Shown in pieces: positions 23,857-36,602 of a DNA stretch of 64,000 nucleotides. Position 1 is the first letter of the stretch; each line of letters begins with the position of its first letter. Position numbers and translations under genes: made by a program. This stretch comes from Hydrolagus colliei (lineage: Eukaryota), in assembly GCA_035084275.1 (NCBI GenBank), contig CM068755.1:12152001-12216000 (forward strand). The letters run 5' to 3'. The notes under the pieces were generated by a model. It searched no databases and had not been told where the DNA came from. It saw only the letters and a list, made by a program, of their open reading frames with translations.

Positions 23857-24230
23857 TTCAGCTTGGCTCAGTCGATTAGTTTCTCTCGCCTTTAAGTCAA
23901 AAGCTCATCAGTTCATAGCCTATGATGGGACTTTGAGCTCACAGTCTAGGCTAACGCTGAAGTGGATTGTTGGGGGCAATGCTCCACTGTCAGATGTGCT
24001 TTCCTTTGGATCAAACAATAAACCCCTGTCCAGTCTGGGAGTTAATGGTCAGATGTTATTTGAAACTAGAAGGGAGTATCCTGTTCTCCTGGTTTCCCCC
24101 ACCAACAATCTTCCAGATTCACTCATTCACTCATGGCTGTCTGTGTGACAAATTGACTGCCACATTTGCTGATAAATGTGCCAAATCACTACACTTTACA
24201 GAAATTATTTGTGAGGTGCTTAGTCATCTA
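23857..24230 (+). mobile_element. Old Deu-domain tRNA-SINE (SacSINE1-like)
   Basis: cagcttggctcagt head, cactgtcagatgtgctttcctttggat, tatttgaa...gggagtatcc, aaattgactgccacattt; colinear with the 8541 copy. Confidence 0.72.
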
Positions 24231-24231
24231 T

Positions 24232-24540
24232 GGAGTCCTGTAGCTCAGTTGTTAGAGCACTCACCTTACAAGCAAGAGACCTGGTTCGATTCCAGGCAGT
24301 GCAAAACTTTGGGCAAGTTTCCTTACTCCACACGCCTGATAATAATACCTCCAAAAATCCAATAATAAATTGGTAATCTCAATCCATGTTTGTGGGACAC
24401 TGCTGTGTGCGATTGGCTGCCGCTTTTTGCCCACATATAGAGTCATTACACTTGAAAGTGTATTCTGTGAAGCTCTCTGAGATGTCTAGAAAATGTGAGA
24501 AGTGCTAAAACAAATGCAAACATTATTATTATTACTATTA
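24232..24540 (+). mobile_element. tRNA-derived SINE, full length
   Basis: GGAGTCCTGTAGCTCAGTTGTTAGAGC head, GGTTCGATTCC B-box, (TTA)n tail. Confidence 0.93.
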
Positions 24541-25506
24541 TGGATGACAAAGTTACTGTAATAATTCACCAAAAACTGAGAGTTGTGGTCAACCTAATGA
24601 GGCACAGATTCTTGGAAAAGAATGCTTGAGATAGCTATGTTCCAAGAGTCACCTTGCATGCAGCATGAAAAAGCAAGTATTTTTCATATTTTGCTGTGCA
24701 TCTTGGGGGCTATATCATGTACCAAAGTTTAGTTTGACCCCACTCGAAGGTTAAAGTCTGAATTGTCAGCAGCTCCAGTCAACTGTACTGAACTGTTTAT
24801 CACTTCAGCCTGGCTCTCCATTTCAGATAGTGCTGCCTTGCGTGTTATTACACCAAACAAGAACCCTCTCCTCATCTCCACTACCATTTTTTCAGTAGCG
24901 CCCATTTGGGAAAATAAACTTTCTGAGGCGGTTGTACATGCATAAGGAATCCATAGCTGCCAGTTGTCTGTTTCTTCAGTTAACACTCACTGCATTGATT
25001 TCTAAATATTCTCTCAATCGAGGGGGTAAAAAACCTCAAGGCATTAATAATTGAATCTGCTGCAGGAATGATGGGTCATCCAACATTCCATGTCTTACGG
25101 TTGAAATATAATCAGGATCAGTGGGACAAGCACAGCCAACCGCTCTCCAGCACATATTGGAAGGCCGGAGTTATTGTTCTGGGATCTGTGCGTTCCCTGG
25201 ATTCGTGCTGGTGTAGAGCTATTGAAGATGAATTGTGTGAGTTTTCCTAATTCTACTGCTGCATTTGCTACACCCACCTGAGGGATACCTCCAAGGTCAG
25301 GAGCATTTCCCCACCAGATGACCCGACCCTTCTTGTTGCTCATTGAGCTTGAAGGATTGTTTTTTTTTGTTGCAGTGTAAGACAGTTGTGTGTCTAGTGT
25401 TTATCTCCAATGCATTTTCTTTTTTCAAAACAAAACATTTTAAAGTTATCGGCGTTCGTGGAAGAAAATATCTATGTCAAAGTAGATTAATCATGAACTC
25501 TAATCC

Positions 25507-25561
25507 GAACATGCATTGCAAGAAGACCCTTTGAACATGCATTGCAAGAAGACCCTTTGAA
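25507..25561. repeat. Perfect 26-bp tandem duplication
   Basis: GAACATGCATTGCAAGAAGACCCTTT x2 plus GAA. Confidence 0.95.
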
Positions 25562-26129
25562 TAACAATTCAATAACAACTACAATTTATGCTTTACAAGG
25601 GCTTATTTTACATAAGGTGGTTAATGTAGGCTGCGTATTTCTGGAGCTATTGGAGCTGGGCACGTTGACTGGAGGTGACCAATCTATGGATGCATTTCGG
25701 CTACATTCGGAGTGTGGTGGTGGTAGAGGTAGAGGATGTTATGGTGGTGGAAAAAGATGGGTATGGTGGGTGGCAAATGAAAGGAGAGTTGAGGATCGAA
25801 GAAACGCTGAATAAGGTTACAATCCATGCTCAAAGAGAATAGTTAAAGACAGCTTGGCAACTCTTCAAAAAATTTTTAAGTGCTTTGAGACATTTAGAAG
25901 ATGTGAAAAGCACTATATCAATACAAGGATTATAATTATTCAATCAGTGTGCTTCAATCTCATTCTGTTTTGATTTGATGATGCTGTGTTATTTCTATTA
26001 GTTTTAACAGCCTTATGTAGAATGTGCAATTGAAGAGTTTAGCAGTCTATGCAGAGTTCGTAGGTAATGCTTGAGCCTCAGGCCTGATTCTATGTGGCCT
26101 TTCTACACTCAGTCTGTGCCAGTGTACAA

Positions 26130-26145
26130 CCACTAGGGGACAGTG
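26130..26145 (+). promoter_or_regulatory. Candidate CTCF site
   Basis: CCACTAGGGGACAGTG, one mismatch from the CCACTAGGGGGCAGTG-type core; motif only. Confidence 0.45.
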
Positions 26146-29100
26146 TTGAACCACTATTCAGTGACCTCGAGCACATGTTACTTACATTATTTTTGCAGCC
26201 AACAAGCATTAACAATCATTTTGGCTGAAATCCATAATGGATAAAATCCAGTTTAATTTCAGTTTTTGTGCCAGTTTTGGCTCCTTTCTTTCATAATGTT
26301 GTGTTTTATGATGTTCTAAGGATGACAAATGTATGATTATTTTAAGGCTGGCATTTTCAGAGACGTAAAAAGGCCCCCATAGTGAAGTATCAAATACTTT
26401 ACTTTTCCTATCTTTCGATCTTGTATTCCAGATACACATATAATTTTTAAAATGCAATAAATCAAAATATTATATTTTAGATTCTGCATACACTATATGT
26501 GTTGGAACATAAAAAAAGCAAAATATTCCACATCTTTTTCTGTTAGAGACATGTATATGATGATATTTTGTGCAACGTAAGTCTTCATTTTAAGCGCATA
26601 AAAGTGTTTTATGCAGGGCAGATTCCACCTTGGTTTCCACACTTACCGACATTGTAAGCTTAAGAAGAATGCACACAAAATACAGAGTGTTACAAGTCTG
26701 CGTTATCTGGAATTCAATAACATGCCAGTTTGGAACACCTTATCAACTTTTTACTGCAATATTTAAATGTTTTAGGTTCAAATAGATAACTGAACACTGA
26801 AAAGACTAACATTAGCACTGCTGGGAAATGGGGCAGGGGATGATGTGCAAAATCGAACACTCAAAAGAAAATGACTCTACACTTAACAGAATAGTCTCCC
26901 ATAGAAATGAATAGAGGAAAATGTTGGCTTTTCAGCAGGAATACACTTAAAGGGATCTACACTTATGTACACACTTCAGTGGAGTGCACTAACTTTAAAA
27001 TCACAGTTTAGAGGTACAATAGCGGCTGACAAGGCTTACAATTTTTCACTTTCTTTCAGAGCGCTTATAACTCTTGAGTTAGAACTTGGACTGGCACTTT
27101 CATGAAATAGTAGAGTTTAGCGAGGATCGTTTACAAAGCAGCTGATTTGGGTTAACTGGTATGGTGGCTATTCAGTACCCAAAGGGTGCATGCATTTTTA
27201 ATTTAACAAGGCTAAATAAATATTCTGGCCTCTAGAATTCCAACGGGGCTTGAGTAAAGTTTTACAATGTAGATAAATAAACATCTCGCTTCTCCTAATG
27301 GTTTAAACATGTATAAATAATGTGGCTCTAAACATTTCTGCTGTTTATATTTCCATGAGCAGAGTTAAGTTTGGGTGTAGGAATTACAACCATTATACTT
27401 TTAACATGGTCCCTTTTAAGTATTTTGTTTCCCCAGCATTTGATGCACATTTAAATTTTGGTTTCAATTTTGAACTGCACAAAATAGGAACAATTGTGAC
27501 AAGAAAAAAAATATGATGCTTGATATCAAATTGATTAGGTATGGGAAAGTAAAGTCTAACAATGTAAAGCAACTTGTGGTCTATTTGAACATGAACTTTG
27601 GCATATTTCATGCAATAGTGTTGAAACAAATCGTGCAAACGTAAATCCCAACACTCACTTTTCATCAAGTTGCTAAGATCTCATGCAGAAGAAGAAACTT
27701 CCATCAAGCGATGGTGTTCTTGCACATTGCCTTTTAATGATCTGTTTGTTTAAACCCCGATTTTTGAAATCGTAATGAAGGTTATTTGAGGCCTTGGCGG
27801 AAGCGGTCATTGTCATTTATAATGCCACCTGTGTCTTCTCAAGTGCAAAGCATGCCTTGACGTCTTTTCTGGATGTGATGTGGTCAGAATATCAAAGAAA
27901 CTGGGGAGTATAATTCACTGGACAAATATTGCCTTTTTTTTTGAATGTGGCGTCTCGATGGCTTTCTGGTGTTTTTCAGATTTTTGAACGTGCGTTTCAG
28001 CTTTGAGAAATGAGAATATTCCTGGAATCTTCAAAGTGTTTGGGGGATGAGGGACGGTGGGGGCATGGTTGTCTTCTTCAGTGATGAGAGCAAGTCGACA
28101 TTTCCCAGAATAGGCAGCAATAAACAAGATGTGAGAGTGTTATAACAAGGCTGTCAATGGATATAACTGGTGTACTGGCCAACTGGGCCTGCCTTTGCCC
28201 ACATTCCCCACTCATGCTGTTCTGCCATATGGAAGCAATCTCCCCCCCTCCCACCCCCCACACACCCCTCCCCCCCCCCCCCCCAATTTAATAGCTAGCT
28301 TTGGAATCCATTTTCACAGGCTTCATACAGCTGAGAGGAGCAGTTTCATGAATCGACCAGATAGAAGTCACTTCCAAGATAAACATTCAATTTAAAAATT
28401 AGACATACCAGGCAGCAGATTTCTTTAGACATATTTCAAAGAAGTGCGGCTATTCATCTTAAGCGAATGCCAGGCATCAGTAAGCTCTTTGATCCTTTCA
28501 GAAAGTTACTCCCCCTCACTAAAATATAAATCCACAACTGCTATACTACACTGGAGGGAACAGCTCCCAGCGCTTTGAAGTTTGACCCTGGGAATAGCCC
28601 ACAGCTTAGCTCTGAACATACTTTCCCCCGGATTGGAGCTGGTGGTAGATGGGGAGCCCCTCTGCATATGGAGCAGTTGCCGTTCTAATAAAGATGAAGT
28701 TAACATTTGTTCTGCGCTAGCTAGGTGGCTGTCTCAGCAGGAGTTATTGTTAATTTTACAATAGGTAGTTCATAGGTTTGTAAAACTGGTTTGCGGACCA
28801 AGAGAGCGGCTTTCTTTGTTCAACAGCTGCTCTTTATACAACGCAAAGATTAATTTGAGCTGAACACCTCTTTCTGTTTTATGCAAAATGTGAAAGCCAA
28901 TGGGGGAAATGAGAGCATCTTGTATATTGTAGCAGAATCAGCAGTAGGTAGAGATCAATGAATTGAAACAAGCTCCTTCAGGGGAGATGATAAACAGCGC
29001 TCAGTTCTGTACAGTTTGGCCCATAAGAGCACCACAGCTGGGGAGACTAAATCCCATTATTCCTTATGATTTCCTCTGACAGCTCAGCTCTTCTCTATAC

Positions 29101-30028
29101 TTTGTCTTCACTCCCTATGGTTCATTTCCGACATTTGCTTAATTATCCCAAAAGAGTTTCTGTGAAATGTTGGCTATTGATCCTTTAATAATATCATAAA
29201 TTTAGTACAAGTATAACAGATAAATAAATATATACATACTGTATAAAGATAAGTGTGTGTGTATATAGTCACAGGTTGATTTGTGCACTGAATGTAGGAA
29301 TAAACCAGGTCTCTTTGGACCTGGTGCCCTCTTTCAAGAACATCAAGAAATTCAAGATTATATGATTATGATTTGCATTTACTCCTGTTATCCAATTGAC
29401 CATTACTGCGCTTGTGTTATTAAAGTGGAGATGTTTTTAAAAATCTGGCTTCCGATATTTGCAGTGGGATTGTTTCAGGCTGTTTACAGTGCACTACAGT
29501 GTTCTGAAACTCTCAGATGAATTAATTTTAATGAGAAGGGTGAAGCAGGTATAGATGCGGTCTTGTAATAGTTGGCAGTGTCATTGCCAAAATGACCAAA
29601 GACAATTGGACTGTGTTTTGAGTCTGAACACTCCTCGACCCTGAAAGTGGTCCAAATCTACCAGAGGCAGAGATCTCTGAGCCTAGGAATGGCATATATA
29701 TCGCAAACGAAAGATGTGTGGCATGGGAAATGTTTCAAGAAATACTCGTGAGTGCGGGAACGAGACTATTGGTAGTGTTTGACTAGTAAGAAATGCATAG
29801 TCATTTGCATAGTAGGAAATATAACAGTAAAAAAAATCCCACAATGTAGAGAACTAAACAATTTATTTCTCATCTGTTTCCAGTAAGTATAAAAAGTTTT
29901 GAAATAAAAAAAAGTATTCAAATATTTGTCAAGTTGCAGTCATTGCAGTGTTTTATTTTACGTGTGATCACATCGCTGACATCTTTCTTGTCTCCTGTTC
30001 ATGCTGGTTGTTCGATTGGTGGAGAAAG

Positions 30029-30184
30029 GCGAGCTTTGTCCATCTGTCGGAATCCTTTCGGAGATGTCAGCTGTGGTCCGAGATTGTCACCATCTCCTTG
30101 CTTTCTGGGAAAGTGATCAAAGAAGCAGGACTGGAAAGATTGTACGTCAAGTTGAAGCTGGGGGAAGAAAGTTACAAAAGCAAG
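30029..30184 (+). CDS. MCTP2: MCTP2 coding exon (start of C2B), about 156 nt; 5' boundary less certain
   Basis: AAG|gtacag donor; ASFVHLSESFRRCQLWSEIVTISLLSGKVIKEAGLERLYVKLKLGEESYKSK; the only nearby in-frame AG is the weak ggagaaag at 30028. Confidence 0.88.
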
Positions 30185-31874
30185 GTACAGAACCACTGAG
30201 TGTCATTAAAATATTCTACCCACTGGGATCCCAGCTCCTAGGTGCAGTAGCATGTGTGGACACATACAATTTAAATTTGTATAGCACCTTTCATGTTGTC
30301 ACAATCCTCAGTTTGGAGTGGGCATGAAGATGTGTGCCAAAATGCATATTCGACTGAGCTTCCCACTGTGAAAGTGTAGTATTTACATGCCTCCTGGCTT
30401 TGCTGCAAAAGACCATCAGAAACCCATCTTTATTATTGTGTTGTCAAGATAACTGTTCTTGAGAGGGATATTCTGATCCTTTCAACCCTTTCGTTCTGAG
30501 TGTTTGATTTGGTTTGGAGTGTAGATCTGCTCACACTGTGATACTACTGACTGCGGAAGGAGTTATAGCTCCAGTAAAACCAGTTAATGCGAAATTGACC
30601 TTTTCTGTATCCGTGTGGTTGTTATAGGAATATAGATACAGCTTGCATGTCAAGCATACCATTACTGGAGGAAAGTTTAGATAGTAAAGCCTGCATTAAA
30701 CCCCTGAATTCCAGAGTTATCATGTATGTACTTGTATTTCTCAAAAGCAGGCTTACCACTATAAACACTGAACATTGTTTAATAATCTTGGTTAGAATCA
30801 CACTGTTCTACTGTTTAAATCAAAATTGTTAAAACGTAGAAATAAAAACAATTGAATTTCAATGACTATCTATCCAATGCGAGCTGTATTTCGGAATAGT
30901 ATAGTGCAACTTGCTAACTTTATAGAGATCTACAGTTTTCTTTTGCTATGAACTTGTTTTTATAGAATTACTGTTTAACGTGTTAATCTAATTGCTTATT
31001 TTCCCTCAGGGATATACAATTCTGTGGCCATTTTTCATAGAATACGCATACACAACTGATAAACTTCACATAGAATTTCTTATGAAAAATCACACTTCAT
31101 CCTTATACTTCCTGGGGGCATTAATATACTCTGGATTGTTGTGGAATGAGCTTTATAAAAGTTCCTAATAGGTGCCCAGCATCCAGTTCATTCCATGCAC
31201 TGGTTGAACTCTCAGACTGATTTGGATATTCCTAAGCATGGTGATGGTTTTCTGCAGTGTGTCAGACACCAGGAAAAATCAGTTCAGTGACAACACTTGA
31301 TTTGACTTTTTAACTTTCCAATATATTTATTGAAACGTAGCCTTTTGCTGTTTGTGGCACTTTGTTCCAGGGTTTCTGTCCTTCACCATGGTGCTTCTCA
31401 ACTTGAAGTCTATTTCTTTCTGCTGGTGTTCAGAGCTATAATTTGTCTTGCCGTTAAGCGCAGCGACCATGACAATGGGTGAAGCCCATAATCTACATAG
31501 GCAGTTGCTACATTTAGGGGCAGGCCAAATTTACACCCCCACCCCGGCCCTGTGCTTTTGTGGTCTGTGTAATAAACAGCTGAGATGAGTACAGTGGGGT
31601 AAGTGCATATAAGCTTTTACTACAAGTCTTTCCAATTCAATGTTTGTAATTAATGTGGGTTTGTTACGAAGATGCAAATTGTGTGTGATGGGTATAGAAC
31701 AGCTGAGGAATCAACTCTTTACAACAGTCCTCAACACAGATGACAGTGTTGGGATTTAACTAGCTGGTATTTATAACCATTGTATTTGATTTGTAATGCA
31801 ATTATAAACTTATAGACATCGAAAATCCAACTTACATTTCACCCTCAAGTTCCTTTTCCCCCTTCCCAATGTAG

Positions 31875-32005
31875 ATGGTTTACAGGAGCACTAATCCTCA
31901 GTGGAGAGAGAGATTCGATTTTCATCTGTTCAACGAAAAGAAAAATGTATTAGAAGCTGAGGTCTGTGGAACCGACAGCAAGAATCGGGAAGAATGCATT
32001 GGAAT
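31875..32005 (+). CDS. MCTP2: MCTP2 coding exon (C2B), 131 nt
   Basis: aatgtag|ATG acceptor, AT|gtaaga donor; MVYRSTNPQWRERFDFHLFNEKKNVLEAEVCGTDSKNREECIG. Confidence 0.95.
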
Positions 32006-32224
32006 GTAAGAGCCCAACTTTTTCATGTCTTTTCCTGATCGTTTATTAAAGTTATTACAGATAATTGTTGCAAATGGCAAATCAGATCATTTTTAAAATC
32101 TGAACACAGTTGTGTTTCCACCAGTGATTGCAAACTATGCACTCCACCTAATTATATGGCAAACTCTTTTACATCAGAGTATCCTGCGATGTGCCACAGT
32201 AAATGTTTGGATTCCATTCCCTAC

Positions 32225-32305
32225 GACTCTGCACTTCAAGGGGACCTTGACTTAGTTGGAAAGTTAGCAATGAAATGCAAAATGCACCATTTAGATTTGA
32301 GAGTG
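32225..32305 (+). mobile_element. CR1 ORF2 remnant
   Basis: ALQGDLDLVGKLAMKCKMHHL resembles CR1 LQ.DLD.L..WA...KCKVMHLG with a deletion. Confidence 0.5.
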
Positions 32306-34873
32306 GCAATCTGTCGACTGCAGGATCTCGCAATCCGATATTAAATTGTCCGGTTTGTGAAGATCCTGATGTTGGTACAAGTTCGAGGAACTTCCTATCC
32401 CTTCAATGCAGTGCACGAGTTCACTCGTGTTGTCAGTGGGACAAGTTTTTTTTTTTAGATTTGGTCTGTGGCAGATGTACTGCTAATGGAAAGAAAATCA
32501 TTGAATCTTTCCTTCAGTATTTGCAGATGAGGCTGACATAACACAGCACCAGTTCCTGGCACCCTGATTGGATTGAACTGTCATTGAGAAATCAATGCTC
32601 ACAGCCTATAAATATTATGTCACAGGGGCAATTCTGCTTTTACATTTTAAATGTGTTTCATTCTGGATGCACATTTTGGCAAGAGTGTTTTCCTAACTTA
32701 ACAGTGCGAGGCTGAGTTTTTGGACATCAACATGGAGTACTTGCATATTTCATATGTTCATTCATAATGTACCTGAATTTTGAAATTTGAACAAACAGAA
32801 TTAAATATAAATGACTTTTCGAAAGCGAGGGTATTGTAAAGGTCAAAGCAGGGTTAGGTTTGGGTTAAATTGACTTCTGGTTTTAATTCATGCTTTGAGG
32901 TCTGAAGAGCGGACTGGTTTTACGTCATGATTGAATTGACCCAAAAATTGTCTGCATGAACTTGATCCTGGATTGCATCACAGAACCTTCAAATATTTAG
33001 TGTATACAGTGATAGGGCAAACTGACTTAAGCTGAGATGTGATGAGTTCAATGTTTCTAAGCAGAAAAGCGTTTGATTGCTTTTAACATAAATGTGCAAG
33101 CAATAGCCAGGCGAGGTTTGAAGCCACATTGATGTTTGATAGAAATAGCTAGTGTGTCATGCAATCTAAATTTTAAATAATACTAATCCTCGCATTTATT
33201 GTATTGCCTTATCATGTCGCTGAGATATTTCAAATAGATTCATAGGATATTACTGGGCATTATAGTGACTGTATTTGACTGTAAATACAGAAGCCAATTT
33301 GAGTATAGCAATGTCCTACAAACTGGCTGTGAAGTGCGCAATCAATTTTTTTTACAGCTGCATGAAAATTCAAATTATACTTTGTCGTGAAGTGGATTAA
33401 GTCAAATTATTCTGTTTTGCAACAAACACACGGTATTGATTAAAACTAACCGGCTACTTGGGCAGGAGAGAAATTGCAGTCAATAATTTGCTGAGTGTGA
33501 AGATTATATTTTAGTGCATATGGAAACAGGATAGTGTTTCGATACCCTGGTGTAATATTCAGGCAGGGGAAAGACTAAAACAATTTTCCATGTACAGATT
33601 TGTTCTATCTTCTGTCATGTCATACATTTCAAATCATTGAAACCTAAAAGGTGGAGATTTCCAATGGGATTTCTGAATGAAAGTGGTGCGTTGGAAATGA
33701 GAATTCCTTCCAGTAACTGGGCACAGAGCAGTGGGAAGATTTCCAGTCAGTGGAAAGAATCCTTAATTGTGAGTCAGAGTTCTTCTTGAGAAATCTCGCT
33801 TGAAATTTTCCATGTTTTAGATCATGTTATGAAAGATCAGCAAAATGTGTTTGGAGACTGGTCCACAATTTGAGGTTTGGAAGCCCAACACTATCATTTT
33901 CCTTTTTATTTTCTGGGCCCAACACAGTCTGACAGGCCAAGCCTTTGCATTTTGATCATCACGAGTATCCAAAGTAAAATAAGTTTGGGCAGACTTTCAA
34001 TTTCCTTCGGGTACAATCCTACAGTGCAGCATGCACATAAATCAGCACTAATTGTCCCTAAATTGCTTGTCTCACTCAGAGAGGCCAAAAGGATGGCTGG
34101 TGTGGGAAATGGAGACATCGCTTTGTTACAGTATGAGGTACTCTTCAGATAATAATGACATATTATCGGGGGCAGTGCATAAGGAGCACTGCATTGAGTC
34201 TAACGGAGTGCTTGTTGCTGACACAAGTTGCAGGGAGAAGACAAATCCTTTATTCTCCTGGATGGGTATTACTTCCCTTCATGAGTGAAAAACATTCTCA
34301 TATAGCTGCATGGCAGGTCATGTCAGACGGCTATGTTTTAGCATGATTCTCTTTCTGTACCAGCTTAACCCATCTGCGCCCAATCAAATTCAGGGTTTGA
34401 GTTTTTGAGTCTTTGAGTACAAGACAATGATTGGCACTCACCTTGATTCAATAGACAGGCTCTGGGCAAAGGCTTTTGATCAAAGTTGATTGTTTTGGAA
34501 CAACAATACAAAGATGCAATTGGGCTTTTACAATATGTAATGAATTGAAAGGGGACACTTTCACTTAAATGAAAGGGGACAATATCATGGTTCAATATAG
34601 TGGTGTTAAAACAAGAATTAAAAAAAAAAATCCTTGTATTTGTATCTTAAAGTGCTTCACAGAATATAAGGTAAAGTGAATTGGCTCTGTAATTTTGTGG
34701 GCAAAACTGCAAAGTTTCATAGAATTGGCCCTCCCAAATGAAAAGTTGCAAATTTCTGAAGCAGGTTTCACTTTCCTTCGTTGATCCCTTTTAATTGTGT
34801 TTTATGTCTAACTATAACACGTGTCCAAGTCCTGTCATTCAAGTGTTGTCACTTTCTTCTTTTAAATCTACAG

Positions 34874-35060
34874 GTGCAAAGTTGACCTGGTGACGCTGCC
34901 TAAAGGTCAGATAAATCACTTGGAGCTGCCTCTGGAGAACGAACAGGGCTCCCTGCTTTTGCTGGTCACACTAAAAGCCTTCACAGGAATTTCCATCTCT
35001 GATCTCTGTGCCAGTCCACTGGATGATGTAAATGAGAGAAAACAGATTATTCAGAGTTAT
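34874..35060 (+). CDS. MCTP2: MCTP2 coding exon (end of C2B and linker), 187 nt
   Basis: tctacag|G acceptor, TAT|gtaagt donor; CKVDLVTLPKGQINHLELPLENEQGSLLLLVTLKAFTGISISDLCASPLDDVNERKQIIQSY. Confidence 0.96.
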
Positions 35061-35914
35061 GTAAGTAACTAAATTGGTTCAGGTTTATATCATATATGCG
35101 GTCACTTGAGCGAGGTGTGGGGATTTAAAAAAAAAGAAATGCTATTTTATCATTTCTGAGTAATGCCATAGAAAGGGAGAATAGTAAAGAACCAATAATT
35201 TAAAACAAATTACTGTAATAAGATACTGATTTCAATCCTGATCATTTACAGCAGAAAATAATAATAATCATCCTTGCATTTGATATAGCCCTTCCCCGAA
35301 TCTACTGTAAAGTGAATTGACTGTATATTTTGTGGCAAAATAAGTAGTCAAATCAAAAATGTTTGGGAGGCAGCAACAAGAAAGCTATGATTAGGAAGGA
35401 AATCATCAAGAGGGAGATGTACTGTTCCACTAATCCAGAAAACTGCATATTTGATGTGAATGGATACAGTAGTTTTGAGAAGTGGAGCATACAGCAGACT
35501 TGTACCCTAACCCTGCCTTTGTCACTTGCATAAAAAGCACCAGCTTTTTCCCTTCACAAATTCACAACTTTCTGACTGAATTTCGATTTTGTGCATGATA
35601 CACGTACATACATTTTGGATTAGAGTGGAGTAACAAAGACAAGACACTGAAAGGTTTGCACTTGGTTTGAACCGAATTGAACAAGATATCAAACCCACTA
35701 AAAAAAACTAATAACTGAAGAGCATCATGGTTCATTTCAACTCCTCCAAAGGCTTTGTATTCTGGGTGGTTGTTGAATAGGCAGTTGTTCTGCAGCATGT
35801 GTTGGTGCTTTCCTATTTTTATGCAGTTGCCCACTTTAGGACTGCATCATTTTAAGGTCCTTTAACTCTCCTCTTTGGTCACTTCCTTGTTTTACTGTGA
35901 TGCGTGCTAAATCG

Positions 35915-36047
35915 GCAGTACATGTGCAGAGCAGCTGTAAGCTTTTTGTGGAGCAATTCAATTTACAGTATATTCTGTTAATCGTTTTAACATGTCTCGA
36001 AGACACGATAAGGCGCTATATCAAATGCAAGGATTATTATTATTATT
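35915..36047 (+). mobile_element. 5'-truncated SINE 3' fragment
   Basis: aattcaatttacagtatattctg...ggcgctatatcaaatgcaaggattattattatta. Similar tail fragments: + at about 9420-9560, 16090-16180, 18290-18355, 25875-25940, 38065-38140, 45010-45097; - at about 33185-33300, 34630-34700, 35260-35340, 39845-39910, 40305-40400, 45420-45515, 62892-62985. Confidence 0.85.
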
Positions 36048-36302
36048 CTTTGAATAAATATTGTCCAAACTTCACAGTATGCTTGAAATCAGATGTGAGG
36101 AAAGTTTATTTGAGGGCAGAGTTAATAAAGTTCGATTCTTTATACTGAAATCTGCTTATTTCAATTAAACTAAGGTAGAAGGCGAAAGTTGGACATTACT
36201 TGGATACGTAAGATACTTTTATTTATGGTTTGGAACTGTAAGATACAGTTTGAGATTAGTATGTTTCAGTTATTCTCCCTGAAATCCACTCTTTCATCTT
36301 AG

Positions 36303-36396
36303 AGTCTGAGAAGAACATTTGATGATCTAAATGACATTGGTTTTCTTCAAGTACAAGTGATTAAGGCGTGTGATCTGATTGCGGCAGATTTTGCAG
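36303..36396 (+). CDS. MCTP2: MCTP2 coding exon (start of C2C), 94 nt
   Basis: catcttag|AGT acceptor, CAG|gtaagt donor; SLRRTFDDLNDIGFLQVQVIKACDLIAADFA(G). Confidence 0.95.
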
Positions 36397-36602
36397 GTAA
36401 GTGCTGTGAATTATTCGCCCTGTATTGTGTCCTTGGTGCTGATATTACAATGTATGTGGGGCTTCACTCTGATATTCTCCCATTGTCAAATGGTCTGCCA
36501 ATACTCACTGATTAAACTTCCAAACATAACATCTGAGATAATGGAGGGCTGCTGATGAGTGTCAAACTGCACCTCAGTGAGATATTCCGTCATTACTACG
36601 AG

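Noticed and set aside
25507-25561. Short direct repeats as a CRISPR-like array (also 40041, 51606)
   Set aside because: Only two adjacent units with no spacers, in vertebrate intron; simple slippage duplications
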